NCBI GenBank assembly: GCA_026770705.1 | Contig: JANJGN010000014.1 | Location: 125,364,001-125,428,000, forward strand | Origin: Isurus oxyrinchus | Taxonomy: Eukaryota | DNA length: 64,000 nucleotides | Direction: 5' to 3' | Shown here: in pieces, positions 1-14,844 of the stretch | Layout of the letters: each line of letters starts with the position of its first letter | Numbering within the stretch: position 1 is the stretch's first letter | Position numbers and translations under genes: made by a program | The notes under the pieces: generated by a model | Databases searched by the model: none | The model's input: only the letters and a program-made list of their open reading frames with translations | What the model was told of the DNA's origin: nothing

Positions 1-1402
1 ATCTACCTGGCTATGTGAAGAATTGTCTAGGCATGTCCTGTACACAAAAAGCAGGTCAAATCCCACCCGGCCAATTACTGCCTCATCAGTAAAGTAACGG
101 AAGGGGTCATCAACCGTGCTACCAAGCGGTATTTGCTTAGCAATAACCTGCTCAGTTTGGGTTCCGCCAGGGCCTCAGCTCCTGACCTTATTACAGCCTT
201 GGTTCAAACATGGACAAAAGAGCTGAATTCCCGAGGTGAGGTGAGAGTGACTGTCCTCGAAATCAAGGCAGCATTTGACAGAGTGTGGCAGCAAAACTGG
301 AGTCAATGGGAATTGGGGGGGGGTGGGGGGGGAGCGCGGAGGAGGACTCTCTGCTGGTTGGAGTCATACCTAGCAGAAAGGAAGATGGTTGTGGTTGTTG
401 GAGGTCAGTCATCTCCAGGACATCACTGCAGGAGTTCCTCAGGGTAGTGTCCTTGTCCCAACCATCTTCAGCTGCTTCATCAATGACCTTCCTTCCATCA
501 TAAGGTCAGAAGTGGGGATGTTCGCTGATGATTGCACAATGTTCAGCACCATTCATGACTCCTCAGATAATGAAGCAGTCCACGTCCAAATGCAGCAAGA
601 CCTGGACAATATCCAGGCTTGGGCTGACAAGTGGCAACATTCGCACCACAGAAGTGTCAGGCACCGAACATATCCAACAAGGGCGAACCCAACCATTGCC
701 CTATGACGTTCAATGGCATTACCATCAGTGAATTCCCCGCTATCAACATCCTTGGGTTTACCATTGACCAGAAACTGAACTGGACTAGCCTTTTAAATAC
801 TGTGGCTACAAGAGCAGGTCAGAGACTAGGAATATTGAGGCGAGTAACCACTTCCTGACTCCCCAAAGCCTGCCCACCGTCTACAAGGCACAAGTCAGGA
901 GTCTGTTGGAATACTCCCTACTTGCCAGGATGAGCGCAGCTCCCACAACACTCCAGAAGCTTGACAGCATCCAGGACAAAGCAGCCCGCTTGATTGGCAG
1001 CACATTCACACCCTCCACCACCGACACACAGTAGCAGCAATGTGTACCATCTACAAGATGCACTGCAGAAGTTCACCAAGGCTCCTTCGACTGCACCTTC
1101 CAAACCCAAGACCACTACCATCTAGAAGGACAAGGGCAGCAGATAGATGGGAACATCATCACCTCTAAGTTCCCCTCCAAGTCACTCACCATCCTGACTT
1201 GGAAATATGTCTCCGTTCCTTCACTGCTGCTGGGTCAAAATCCTGGAACTCCCTTTCTAACAGCACTGTGAGTGTACCCACACCACGTGGTCTGCAGTGG
1301 TTCAACAAGGCAGCTCATCACCGCCTTCTCAAGGGCAACTAGGGATGGGCAATAAATGGTGGCCCAGCCAGTGAAGCCACGTCCCATGAATGATTAAAAA
1401 AT
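1..1402 (+). mobile_element. Non-LTR retrotransposon 'family A' (CR1/L2/Jockey group), RT half and 3' end, frameshifted
   Basis: ORF fragments [45 protein letters not shown]. 3' end gggatgggcaataaatg...cccatgaatgattaaaaaa is shared with copies at 16.3, 22.1, 22.8 and 40.4 kb. Confidence 0.9.
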
Positions 1403-3907
1403 AAGTAGTTCTAAACTATAGTATTAATTTAATAGTGCTAGTCTTTCTTACTTTATAATATACAGTAAAGCTTATTTTTGTTTAAAAACATGAAATCTTG
1501 TGGCATGATTCTTTTGGTTCTTCACTGGGTATTCGGATTTCTCTTTAAACATTAACGGTCCCCAACAAGATTATAACATTGTCACCAAATTTATTGTTTA
1601 AGCTGAATGATGGAAACTGAAATGATATTTCTTGCTTTTCTGAGTGGGCTGGATGCATTGTGCTACCTTCAGTGCAAAATAGAGGGTAATTGTTAGTTTT
1701 CTAGCACGTTACACGCATTAATAGCATGGTCTCACAGGTCCAATTTCCACTTCTGGAAGTTGAAGGGGATTCAAACATCCTCTGTTATGATGATATCGTG
1801 GATAATTTATCACCTCAGCCTAAGCAAGGCTGTAGTTAAGTGAAAGACATTTCCATGCCTGATTGTTCCAAGAAACTAAAGATCCTTAAAGCAGCTGGCT
1901 ATTTCAGGCACACGTTCTCCACATAACTAACGGCAAAGTGTGCAGTTTGAGCTTAATTTTCCCCCCACAATTTTTCAAACCAATAGAATTGCACGATGCA
2001 ATCTTCTTGGAGACTACAAAACATTGTAGCTTAGAAAAAGAGGCAAGTGAGTTTGGGGAGTTAAACTCACAAGTGGACTCAAGTTTTGAAACCTCTGCTG
2101 TAACAAATCTCACTCCAAACAGACTACAACATACAAGAAACAGAAAAGTCATTTGCACCAGATCAGTGTCTTTCTGGTAATTGATACTAATGTTTTCCCT
2201 TAGCCAAGGTAGCATCAAACTGCTGCCTAGCAGGTACACTGTGGGGCACGATGGGGGCTGAAGTGGAGCCAGGTACCTGAGCTTTACAGAAAACTTTCAG
2301 CTCTCTGATCAAAACAGCTGCTAATCTCTCAGGTTAAAGTGAAGTCAGTCACTCAATTTACAACTTAGAACAGAACAAGTCTACCAAATAATCATGCCAA
2401 ATCCAGACATACATGCAAAACTAAAACCTCAGTTTGAGTCACTACATTAGAATTCACTGGCAGGATAACTTGGAGTAACTATTTTCCACATATGGCATCT
2501 TTAAACCAGCACTTAAGTAGAACCCCTGGGAAGAAAATATTTCCACCAAATTACAGTGATACCTGAAGCCAACCACTTTTAAACTCAATCCAGATAACAA
2601 TCAAAATTTAAAATGTGCCACAATTACACTCCAGAATCCAACAGGGTGGTGACAGCAAACTAAATCCCAACAGCACGCAAACTTGAAGAAAATAGTAGTT
2701 TGTGATTAGATACAGCCAAAAGAAAAATAAAACTTATCCATTTACAAACTTGCAGAGTTCTCTATAAAACTGGAAGAAACCAGATGAATTATTAATTCTG
2801 ATTTTAGATGCACATAATGTAAATCCTCAGGATTAACCTAAATATAAGATGCTCTTTAAACAATTGACAGTGGCTATGAAACAAATGATCCTTACCATTT
2901 AACTCACATCCAGGGATGCTCCACAGCCAGCTTCAAGTACATTTTTTTGTGAAAACACTGCCATTGTACAATCCAAGCCAATTCAAAGCATCTGTTAAGG
3001 CAGAAACTAAAAACAGGTCTCAAATGGGCTATTTACTGGACATCTTGATCCAGTTTCCATTCGCACCCATAAATGCAGATTCACAACTTTTATTTCTCCC
3101 CAGTTCAAGTTGGACTGTAAGGTCACTGTTTAAATTCCTTTGGAAATGTGCCCCCTTCTACAGAAAGTGAAAATAATCTTCTGTTCTTAAATTGTAATCA
3201 AATTACAATTAAGTCATATAAAGGTCCTACAAAATTACAACAAATATCATTGACCTGAGTAACAAAATCCTTCCACTGCTGAAATTATGGAGCAATCCTT
3301 CAATTTATATCGCCCAGGACTCCCAACACACTTGTATGTGCTGTTTGTCAAAGTGCACAATCCAGAGAACACAAAAATCTTATCCCAGTGACAGTGGATG
3401 AATCAGCATGCTTCTGATAAATTTCAAGGCAACTTACAGAGCAACTGATTAAGAAACATTTAAAAGTTGAGACTGTTACCAGAAGGGAACGTTTTAGAAG
3501 AAACAATAAAAGTGTAGCTGACAGGATAGACACTCACATTTAAAAGCACACACAAATTATCCTGAAGGAGCATCTGTGGTAGTGCATTACAGGCCTCCAG
3601 ATCCTCCACACCCTTTCTAATAAGCATTTGCCCTGTGGAGTGCGTTTTTAAACACCAGCTGTCATGCAGGAAAATCCTGGTAAACACTATGATTTGGCCA
3701 GGTTTTTTTGCTCAAATCAGGAATTTCTCTATTATATTTAAAGTTAGTTATTCATCACATTTATATCTCTTTCTATTTAACCTGCAATTAATGAAAAACC
3801 AAAATCTATTTTTTTGGTAACCTCCCTTCCCCTATCCACTCCTCTTTCCATGCCATGTGTACAAAAAGCAGGCTTGCCACCTGCTCCTAGGCCTCTGGTT
3901 TTATTAC

Positions 3908-4046
3908 CCTTTAAACCACCATTAGCAGGAATCCAAGAGCAATCAGCTGACGTTTTCATTTTCTCTCCATGCAGAAAAGATCCTTTCGTGGATCTGTCAC
4001 GGACAAGCGATCCAACTAACAATCATTTGATCAGAATTTATATGAC
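3908..4046 (-). other. Candidate internal exon (5' leader/uORF end) of the minus-strand transcript
   Basis: Acceptor gatttaactttttgcag|GTCATA at 4046. Donor ambiguous (AGG|gtaata at 3908 or CAG|gtggca at 3881). Non-repeat sequence. Confidence 0.4.
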
Positions 4047-4639
4047 CTGCAAAAAGTTAAATCTGTAATTATCTAACTAATTACCAAAACCAATTTTTTT
4101 ATCTCAAATGTAGATGCAACTTAATTACAATTAAAACGAAACAGAAAGTAGATACAAAAATGTAGATTCAAAGGATTGCTGTGTCCCGTTGAAAATGAAA
4201 AACCAACTTATGTAAAATGTGTACACTACAATGAACAAAAAAAAAACTTTGCTTAAATTAAGATCTCTGTATTTATGAGGAACGCATAAATTGAGCATAC
4301 GGGTCTGAATTTTGCATTCAATATACTTGATATCAAAAATATAAATGTTTTAAATAAAATATACTTTTGCATTGTGACCAGTGCACAGGAAATCTTGGAT
4401 AGCTAATTCTGAGAACTCTCTCAGGTGTTTTCTCATAACAAGTGTGATTATGTCATCCGCTGCAACATGATTCAAGGAGCGTGCACATTAGTGTGGAAGT
4501 TGACTGTCCACAATCACAGAGGACAAAAAAGAACGTAGAAATCAGAGCATACATTCAAAACAATTCAACACACAGATCAATAACAGAAAATAGCTTACAA
4601 AATGCACTTTTTAAAAAATGCAAGTGTCTCATAGCGTTT

Positions 4640-5795
4640 CACGGCTATCTTCAGCTGCTTCATGAATGACCTATCCTTCAGAAGGTCAGAAGTGACACAA
4701 CTAATTATTGCACAATATTCAGCTCCAGTCACAATTCCTCAGACAGTTCATGCCTATAAGCAGCAAGATCCGGACAACAACCAGATTGGACTCATATGTG
4801 GCCCCATACAAGGTAATGGTCATCTCCAACCAGAGTGTGCCAAACCGACTATCATTGGCATTGCCATTACCCAGTTCTCCACCATCAACATCCTGTGTTA
4901 CATTCCCCATGGGGGAAATTGTAAACCAAAATTACCAAAAATGACCTCCAAAGGAGGAATTATCACTTTTTGTAACTTCTATTTTAACATGAATCCGAAT
5001 CAACATTAATTAAACACAAGTTAACTTCAAATAAAAAGGTAAACTCACTTAAAAAATGGTTGTGACATCAAAGATACATCTTACACAACCACAAGCATTC
5101 CCCTTCAGCACATATGGCATTACATAGCTACACAGTTCCATAACATGCAGTTCTTTATTCATGCAGGGTAATTCAGGAATCCTATCCGACAACAGCTTTC
5201 ACCTTCCAGTTACTAGGACCACCTACGTTAATGTTGTGGTCATTAGAAAAAGTTGGAGGCTTAATATTCTACAGTGCGCAATTCACTTTCTTACTCCCAA
5301 AGCTTCTACACCATCTACAAAACCAAAATGGGATGAAATATTCCCCACTCTCCTAGGTGAATGCAACTGCAACATTCAAGAAGCTCATTATCATTCAGGA
5401 CAATGAGTCCATTGAATTGGTACCTCATCCACCAAACTAAACATCCATCCCCTTCACCATACTGTGGCTGTATTGTGTTCTGTCTACAGAATACACTGCA
5501 GCAACTCACCAAGGATTCTTCAGCAGCGCCACTCCATTCTGTGACTTCCACCATCCTGAGGGTGGAGGACAGCAGGTGAATGGGAATGCCATCACTTCCC
5601 AGGTCTCACACCATTTCAGTATGGATGTATATCACCATTGCTTTATCATTGCTGGGTCAAAATTCTACTAACATTGTGGAAACACCTTTACCACATAAAC
5701 TACAACGGGTTAAGGCAGCAGCTCACTACTTTCTCAGGGCAGGTAGGCGTATTCAATAAAGGCCATCTTTGCCATGAAGCCCACATCCCAAGAAC
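4640..5795 (+). mobile_element. Old, fragmented family-A LINE remnants
   Basis: cttcagctgcttcatgaatgacc...aaggtcagaagtg (4650-4900) and cttactcccaaagc...aataaa...cccacatccc (5270-5795) resemble the copy at 1-1402. Confidence 0.65.
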
Positions 5796-6689
5796 ATTAT
5801 TTTTTTAATTTGGAAGGTGTTAGTGGATACCAAGCAAGAGTTAAAGGAATGATGCAAGGCAAAGAGATGGATTTTGAAGAGCCTTTGAAAATGCAAAGAT
5901 GTGGCATTGAAGATGAGCGTTAAACATCCACAATGGACCATCACGACTGAATGGTGTAACATGTGCATGTGGTTACATGCAGAGCAAACCCCTTCACAAA
6001 GTTTTGGGAAATACCATATTCCCCAGTACAATTACTCAGCATATATTTCCCTCCCTGTGCTAAAGCTTACAGCCAACTTTACAAAATGACCTACGGCATA
6101 TCTGAATTCTAGCTTTTAAAAAATGTGAGATGTTACAGTTTATTCTCCTTGTCAAAAGATATACCGAATTTTCCGATTTATAGCTATCAGATAGAAAAAA
6201 AAATGCATGTAAGATGATAAAGCACCATAGTATAAATGTCAAATTTAGAAGAGAATGAATTATGATCCAAAAAACAGTGCCTCGAGTAACTAGAAGGCCA
6301 ACTGAACAACAACAATTTGGCAGCACAGACCATATTTGCGTAAACCGACTTATGAACAATTTGATCACAATTGGAACCAGCCTATGTTAAATTTCCTTTT
6401 GGTAATGTCTGCAGCTCAGTCTTTTCATGCTGACCAGCACCTGATCAACCACTAGTAGTAAGTTCATGTTTCACGATATGATCAATGAAGCTGTAGATAC
6501 TTAGTCATGATAGTAAGGAATGTTAGCACATCCCTTTAACTTAGTGTTGGTAACAGTGGAATTAGGTAAAGTGGAAGACAGATGTAGAGCAACTTCTCTC
6601 TACATTTCCCAACAATTCACCACTACCTAAAATACCACTGTACAAATAACACTTGCCATTCTCTGGGCACTCAGTCAGACTATCAATTA

Positions 6690-7280
6690 GATTCAAAGGA
6701 ACAAGAGTAAGCTATTTGGGCACTCCACCCTCATCCACCATATAAGGTCATGGCTGATCTGTACCTCAACTCCATTTACCTTTGATTTATATTCCTCTAT
6801 ATCCATACCCAACAAGAATCTATTGATGTCAGTATTGAAAATTTCAATTGATGTAGCACCCACAGCCTTTTGGCAAGAGTTCCAGATTTCCATTACCCCT
6901 TCTGGAAGTCAATTGAGACAACATACATAAAATTCCACCATTCCTGTTCAGGAGTTCAAAAATTTAATCTAGATTAATCAAAAATTCCTGTCCTTCACGA
7001 ATCCATGCTGACCTTCTGAACAGCTCATATTTGTCAAGTGTTCAGCACTCTGTCTCCAATTATAGGTATCAGTAACTTCCCAACAACTTATGTTAAACAC
7101 ATAGGTCTGTAGTCTTCTGGTTTCTCCCTTCTTAAATAAGGGACTGATAATCAAATTTCCAAACTCACTGCACAATTCCTGAATCAAGGGTAGTTTGTAA
7201 ATTATGACCAACACATTTGCAATTTCCTCAGTCATCTTTTAATATCCAAGTGTGAAAAATAGACTCTGGAGATTTTTCTA
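6690..7280 (-). mobile_element. Degraded CR1 LINE fragments (3' end and RT piece)
   Basis: Minus-strand translations EIWNSCQKAV...FNTDINRFL and EIANVLVII...PLFKKG...QHGFVK. Confidence 0.7.
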
Positions 7281-8325
7281 TACCAAGACCATTTAAGCTC
7301 AGCATACCATTTTTCTTATATATACTAACCAACCTGCTTTGCCCTCCTTGAATCTCATTCTGTTGAAATGAAAGTTCACATCTCCTTCAGCGAACCTTAA
7401 CATTGAGAATCTATTTACCTCATTGGATTCCCCTTCTCCAACAAAGTTCACGCTTCTAAAACCCAGCCTTGATAGTCTCTAATCATTTTTTCCCCATTTA
7501 CTTAGCATTGTCTTTTTACATTTCCACCTTTGATGGCACTGTGGACCTTGGCTCTTTGCTCTTTTATTATTTTTTTCTGAATTAAGAACAGATATTTCCC
7601 AGAAATGGAATTGGCTAAGTTCAATACATAGAACCCTTATGAGCCTGCAGAGGGCAAACACATTTGAAGAGAAATCAGAGAGGCAAAAGGACCAAATTAC
7701 ATACATGAACATCTTGAAAAGTAAAAATAAATTTACACACTTTCCTGATTTGCAACAGAACGTGCAATTGTTGCTAAATTGGCACACGACTGGCATTTAA
7801 TTCCAAGCCATTTAAGCACTCATGCACACTCATAAGACCTCAAACATTTCTTGATTTGCATTCCTTCCCATCATAAATAACAAGCTGAAAACATTGTAAT
7901 CTCAGATTCTCCACTGGTACAGAGGAAATGTGAAGTCCCATTAATGTTCACAAATTTTGAATGCAGACATTTAAAAACTTGAATTTCTGTTTAATAGTAA
8001 ATTATATTATCTTTCTCAATTTTGGGCTCTGCCCCATAAATTAAATAGCAATATAAACATTCGTGCTAAAGTACTTGTGGAGAACACTGAAAATAAATGT
8101 GTAGACATTCGATTAATTATTACACAACAATTGTCCCTTTTCAAAGAACATCTAACGCACTGCAAAATGTCAGTTTACTAGTAATACAGCTCCTGAATCA
8201 ACCCCAATGGAAAAGCTGAAAATGTTACATTTTAACTGTTTAAAAAATAACTTGCACACTCTTGAATGGCATTCCACCCTCATGAGACCTTTTTCTTATG
8301 CAAGCGGGCATCAAAAGGCACATAC

Positions 8326-8450
8326 CTAGTGTAGGGGAGCACCTCTCATTTTTCTGTCCCATGGTTAAAGTACCGTACTGGAATGAGTGCAGAAACCTTT
8401 CGGGGTAGAACAAAATCATAATTGGAACAAACATGCCAGAGGTGTCATCC
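8326..8450 (-). other. Candidate internal exon of the minus-strand transcript
   Basis: Good donor CTAG|gtatgt at 8326 and weaker acceptor aaatgctag|GGATG at 8450. The frame is open across the whole 125 nt. Confidence 0.45.
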
Positions 8451-9000
8451 CTAGCATTTTAGAGATTTAAGATAAATATTACAGCTACTTCACTGTTCAA
8501 ATCATATCAACTGATATAATTCAAAAGGAAACATGTTATCTTATTTTTACCATTCAATAGCCTGGTCTGCTCATAGAAGGAAGTTTAGGGATGTTATTTT
8601 ATGCTAAATATATTAATTAAACGTAAATCAGAAATCTGCTTGAAATTTCACTTGAAAATTAAATAACTGACATTACTATTCGCCTCTGGTAAATTAATGG
8701 GCAGAAGTCACAAAATCAATCAGCTTCTCATTTAAATAAAAATATTTATCCTACAAGTACAGTAAGAAAAATTATGAACAGTGTTTAGGTTATAAAGTAG
8801 TCATGCACCATCCCCAATGCCCATGTTATAGCAGTAACATTGCATGCAAATAATGATTGTAACTATAACGGTAAATTGTTTCTCTAGCCAAGTGACCAAG
8901 AGGACGCAATATGGAGACTGTGCAAGGCAACATTTTGCCATAGCAGTTTTCTACAATCAAATCATTTACTATTTGACTGGGGTTGGCGAGTGGCATGTTC

Positions 9001-9681
9001 CAACTGATGCAATGACATACTTAGCCTCTTTGACATCCAGCATCAACAAAAGCACTTTTCCACAGAAAAGTGGAAGGTTGATTCGTCATAAAATGTCTTC
9101 TATATCTCCAGAACAATATATCTCAATACTACTATATAAAGCCCCAAGCAAGAATTTCATCAATCTGGCATTTTCAACAGCAGCCACCTTTGTGTTGCAT
9201 CCAGCGCAATTGATATTTTAGTTCCAATTTGTGTTGTGGTCTCATAGCCATCAGGAAATGGAATAAAGCTTTTCAAATGTATTTTATTTAGGAGCCTTAC
9301 AGATGTCAGATTTCCATCTCATTTGTCTTGGCTGGATTCACAACTGATGCAATGACATACTCAGCCTCTTTGACATCCAGCGCCAACAAAAAGCACTTTT
9401 CCACAGAAAAGTGGAAGGTTGATTCGTCGTAAAATGTCTTCTACATCTCCAGAACAATATATCTCAAGACTACTATATAAAGCCCCAGGCAAGAATTTCA
9501 TCAATCTGGCATTTTCAACAGCAGCCACCTTTGTGTTGCATCCAGCGCAATTGATATTTTAGTTCCAATTTGTGTTGTGGTCTCAAAGCCATCAGAAAAT
9601 GGAATAAAGCTTTTCAAATGTATTTTATTTAGGAGCCTTACAGATGTCAGATTTCCATCTCATTTGTCTTGGCTGGATTCA
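9001..9681. repeat. Direct tandem duplication, 2 x ~340 bp
   Basis: Units 9001-9340 and 9341-9681 both run caactgatgcaatgacatac...gtcttggctggattca, with about ten differences counted by eye. Confidence 0.95.
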
Positions 9682-12009
9682 AACCCACATTCCAAGAACG
9701 AAGAGCATTCTAACCCACAGACGGACACAAACTTTTAAAAGATTATTATAGTCTGCAGTTACAAAAAAGCACCCATAAATCAAATGAGAAGATATTTCAA
9801 AAGCAGCACAAAACTCTGAGCAGGCAAGTTCAAAGAAATCATCCTTTCAACTTAAATTTGTAGTTTTGCAAGAGTTGGATTTATCTAGACCCTGAAATAT
9901 AGATTAAAATGGCTGCTTTAACAAATTTAAGAATTCTGTCACTTTAAGCCTTAGTTTAAAAATAAGTTTTCATGAACATTTTTCCTCTGCCCCCTCTATT
10001 GAAAAATTGCATATTTTAACATCAAATAGAAAGATAAACACAACATAGTTGTCTGTCTCCACTTAGACACAACTTAACAGTAGCTACTACTTTTTGTTTA
10101 CGGTCACATTCTCTCTGGTTTCCATTTCCTGCTTTTTCTTCCCAAAACTCATATCCCTCTAAATTAGTAGGAGCAGTATAGATTCTCCAATAAACAATGG
10201 AACATTTAATTTAGATACTATTTGCAATTAGTTTAACACAAGTGGTTGCTTTGGGAAATTATAATGAATTGAATCCTGGGATTACTATTCAAATGTATTG
10301 AGAAGCATAAATTTTCTGTATTTGCATGGTAGATAGGAACTAAATTCACTACAAAGTCAAGCCATTTCAAGTCTAGGTACCCTTTAACAATATAACAACT
10401 GTCAACTATTTCAGTGTCAACTTCTTTGACACTGAAAATTAATTATTACAAATGTAGAGTCTCATTCCTTCAAGTTTTAAAAGTTGGAGATTTAACAGAA
10501 CTAAAGTTTATTAAAATGTTTTAACTTTGTCTTTCTTCTCTCTTAATCCAACATTTCAATCTCTACTACTTTTTCAGTACCTTATTTGACATATCATTCA
10601 ATCATTTACTTAGAATCCCTTCAGTCCTTGGACTGTCCTTTAATTTGATAACAGTTGGTTGCTCTGTTCACTCTACTCAAAGGTACCCCATTTCCATCTC
10701 ACACTTCCAGAAACTTTGACTGCAAAATATCAGAGATTACATAGGAAAGGGAAGGTCTAACAGCAGGTGCCATACATTGACTGACTACAATAAATTCTGG
10801 GCCGGCTGTTGGTGTATTGACTGCTTAAATCTTTGCTTAGACAACAAAAACAAAGCTGAAGTCAGACATTAAAAAAAATGTTTTCAATTTCCTCTAATTT
10901 TTCTGGTACATTTCAAAAGAGTGATTTTCCCTCTAAGATCTATGATATGCATGTGTAATCTTGAGGTGTTTTAATGCTGGTAGAGCACATAGCAATTTCC
11001 ATTACAAAAAGTTAGAAATTTTCTTTATAAAAAAGGGTCCTATTACTTGCCATCAGTTCAATTTAACTGCAAATGCACAGATGTTGATTTGATACAGCAA
11101 GAACAGGGATGAATGGGGATAGGCAAGGGAGTCATAGAACTGCTCTCCTGGGTCCTTTTTTTTAAAAAAAGTGCACAATGAGCATACTCGTGAGACAATT
11201 TACTTTTATTAGGATGGAGAATACACTGCACACAAATGGGCTGTTACACCTGAAAGGGAGTGCTAAAGGCATCAACAATACTGTAGATTCAAGCACAGTG
11301 TTTCTAATTCCAGAACTTCCAAACCACTTATCCACATTCTAAGGTCTACATCCACCTGAGTAGAGGTGGTCATCACAACCCTCAGACACAATTCTAAAAT
11401 ACCAATCCTGGTCACCTCCCACGGTTAAGTGATCCTTGCCCAGGACCACTGAAGCTCTATAGGTAAAGTTAGATGCACAGACTGCTCACCAATAAAGGCT
11501 CCCATTCTCTATTCCCACCTCACAACAGAAATAGCAAATACAAAGTATATAACTGATCGTGTCAAACCACAGGTTATTCTTGCTCCAAAAAAAAACACAA
11601 TGCCCAATTTTTTAAAAAGCATAATATAGTACAAAATAACCATTAAATTATATGAGATTTGTGCTCAGCGAACATAGTCACTCTAGTGATTGCAAATTGT
11701 TTGACCACTACAAAAAAAACTTTATTTTGCACTTTACAACTACCTATCATATCTTTGATGTAGCACAACTGAGGGACGCACTTGGCATCATAAACTACAA
11801 GAATGACAGTCCATGAATGACATTTGAATTTCTGACGATTAGGCTTTCAGTCCAGTCCTGCATGAAGAATTTTAAATTCTGGAAAACGTTCATGATTAAT
11901 TAAACTGGGAAATCCTGCAGACATTCTGATATATCATAAAAGGTTGAAGTTATTTTGAAGAAATCATAAATTAAGTGTCTTAAACAAATCCATAATAAAG
12001 CAGGGTGGA

Positions 12010-13420
12010 ATGTCATGAAGCCTCTATTTCTCAGCTACATGACGCTCCTTGGCAAAATCATCCAAAAACATTAGGTTCCTCATGTACTCCGAGGACACCA
12101 CGTTTCTTGACCCCAATCAATGTCACCCATTTAGTTGCCTCTGTCACATAACCCACTCCACCTTGCCCATCAAACCCAACTTCCCAAAATGTTCCTCCTG
12201 TTCTGGTTCCAAAAAGCACACTTTTCTCCAGTGAGTCTCCCATGTTCAGTCATACGCTTCCCAAACTCAAATTATGTGAAACACTTAATGCTCCTGACCT
12301 CATTCCCATTAAACTGTTGATCATTCAACTTTGCTTCCTGGATTTCCTATTATCTGGCATAATAATAAATGGTTGCCTCTCCTCAGGTACTGTTCCCTTC
12401 CCTTTCAAACTCCCTCCACTCTCAAAAAACATCCTCGATTCCTGTGTCCTTGCAAACTGCAGCTTCATCTCCAACCTCGCTTTCCTCTCCAAAGTTCTTC
12501 AATGAGTTGTCAATTCCCAAATCTATGCCCATCTTTTCCTTAACTCCATGTCTGAATCTCACCAAATAATTTTTCGATCCTGCCATGTTCTAAAATGCTC
12601 AACATCCACCCTCAAATGACCTGCAATTTCCTCCAGTTAGGTATTGGAAAAAACAAAGACATTCTCTTAGGTCCCAGCCACAAACATCAAGCTCTTACCA
12701 CTGATTTTGTCTTGCTCTCCAGGCCTTGCCTTACATTAAAACTAGCTGTTCATTACTTCAGCATCCTATCTGACCCCGCATCCTCTTTGTCACAAAGACT
12801 GCTTACTTTCATTTCCATAACATTTCCCTTCTCTGGCTGCCTCCATCCATCTGTTGCTGAAACAGACATCCATGTTTTATTCACCTCAAGACTCAAATTT
12901 CTCTTGGTCAGATTCCCAATCTTAACACTCCAAAACTCTGCTGTTTGTAACATAATGTACACCAAGGTTCACTCATCCATCACCACAGTCTTCTCTGACA
13001 TACACAGGAGGAACTGTGGGACCTGAAGCCAATTTCAATTCTCAACCGCATGTTCAAGTCTCTTCTTAATCTCAGCCATCTCTATCACTAACATTCTCCA
13101 GCTTTACAGCCCTCCGAGAACTCTGCACTTTTCCCAATTCCAGCTTCTCATGCATCACCCTTTGCCCAACCAATGGGACTTCAGCCTTCTAAACTCCAAG
13201 CTCTGGAATTCCTTTGTGGAATTCCTCTCTGCCCCTACTTGTCTCATCTCTTTTAAGGCCTTCCTTAAAATCTACCTCTGACTGAGCTTTTAGTCACCCC
13301 ACCTGGTAGCACATACTTTGGTTTGTTGCCACTATGCGTCAGTTTACACTTCTGTGAGTGCCTCAACAAATTTTGCTACGTTAAAGGCACTACATAAACG
13401 CAAGCTGCTGTAGTGTTGTT
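12010..13420 (+). mobile_element. Degraded L2 LINE (RT to 3' end)
   Basis: Translation IINGCLSSGTVPFPFK...ANCSFISNLAFLSKVL (L2 NYRPISNLPFLSKVLE motif). L2-type tail tacgttaaaggcactacataaacgcaagctgctgt. Confidence 0.8.
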
Positions 13421-14384
13421 ATATTATATCAAAGAACTCCCTAACAAATCCAGGTCAGGTTTTGGAGAATCACAGAGTTCTACCGAAGAAATGCGTATGC
13501 ATCCTTAGTCTCTGGATGATCTCACTGAGCTCAGAATCTCTCAAAACAAGTCTTTGTCCGCTGCTGTTATCAGGCCACATGCAATCCTGATTAAATTTAC
13601 TGGATTGAGAATTCACCTTCCAATCTGCATGGAGAGAGCTGAGACACTAAATTTATTAGGAAAATCAAGGGCAGGGCAAGAAATGGAATTAGAGCCAGAA
13701 GCTAAAGGAAGGGCTCATCAAAAAAGTAAAGCCAAATGTTGAGACTGGTAAAAGCAAACTAAATAATGAAACACAATTTTAAAAAGATAACAGGAGTTAA
13801 GAAGAAAACCACCCAAGTAAAAACATAAGCCAAAGCAAGTTTCTTAAATTTAGTCACCCTTTTTTTGGTCTTCACTTCAACCCTATAATCATGCATAATT
13901 ATGCTCAAAATAAACAACACAACCCTTCTAGTTTGCACTGGATGGGATATGAATGAAGAATAGCCTTTTAAACATGCAGACAGAACCACAAACTCCCTTT
14001 TAAAAAAATATCCACTACAGCAATGCCCAAATTTACAATCAAGAAACTCAGAACATCAGAGCAGAAATGCTGGCAATTTGGCTCATCTTTTCTGCACTTT
14101 TTTTCTCCATTTCCTTTAAGCCACTGTTCACATTAAATCCTTTAATATTCATTTTTTTCAAACAACTATTTAATTCCCCTTTGAAAGTACTTCAACAACA
14201 ACTTGTGACAGAGTACTCCACATTCTAACTACCCACTGTGTAAAGATTTTTTTCTAATCTCCCCTTTTATTCTTTTATGATGTTAAATTTGGGCACTCTG
14301 ATTACCGTCTCAATGGAAGCAAACCACTATTTATCCCATCATAATCTTGAAGACATCTAGGCATCCTACCTCAACATTCTTGGC

Positions 14385-14640
14385 TACAATGCTTGCTAGG
14401 CCACATCAGAAAACAGCCAGCAGGAGTCAATTATTTAGTGAGGGACTTGCGTCACATGTAGGCCAGGTTGGATAAAAATGGCAAGTTCCCTTCCTTAAAG
14501 AATATCAGTGAAACAGTTGATTCTTAAAATAATCTAGCGGTTTTTATGGTCACTTTTTCTTTTAATAGCAGCCCATAAATTGCCTTTTCATTGAATTCAA
14601 TTTTGCAACTCATCATGGATAGAATTGAGCTACAACATTA
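14385..14640 (-). mobile_element. Degraded stand-alone copy of the family-A LINE 5' head (SINE-like)
   Basis: gcttgctaggccac...gtcacatgtaggccagg...ccttccttaaagaatatcagtgaaacag aligns with 25750-25990. Confidence 0.65.
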
Positions 14641-14844
14641 CATGATATTTTTCTATCTCTCGATATCCTAGTGAATCTATGCTACCCCTTTTCCACTGCT
14701 TGTATTTCTTTCCTACAACGTTGGGCCTAAACGGTTTTGACAGAAAGAAAATTCATCTGTCTAAATAGTTCCTTTCACATCCTTAGAAAATCTGAAAAGT
14801 CTTCACAGACACTTAAGTAGGCAATACTCCAAATACAACTTAAA

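Noticed and set aside
2905-2961. Minus-strand MAVFSQKNVLEAGCGASLD followed by gtgagt, resembling methyltransferase motif I
   Set aside because: There is an in-frame stop a few codons upstream, only 19 codons, and no supporting exons. Likely chance.
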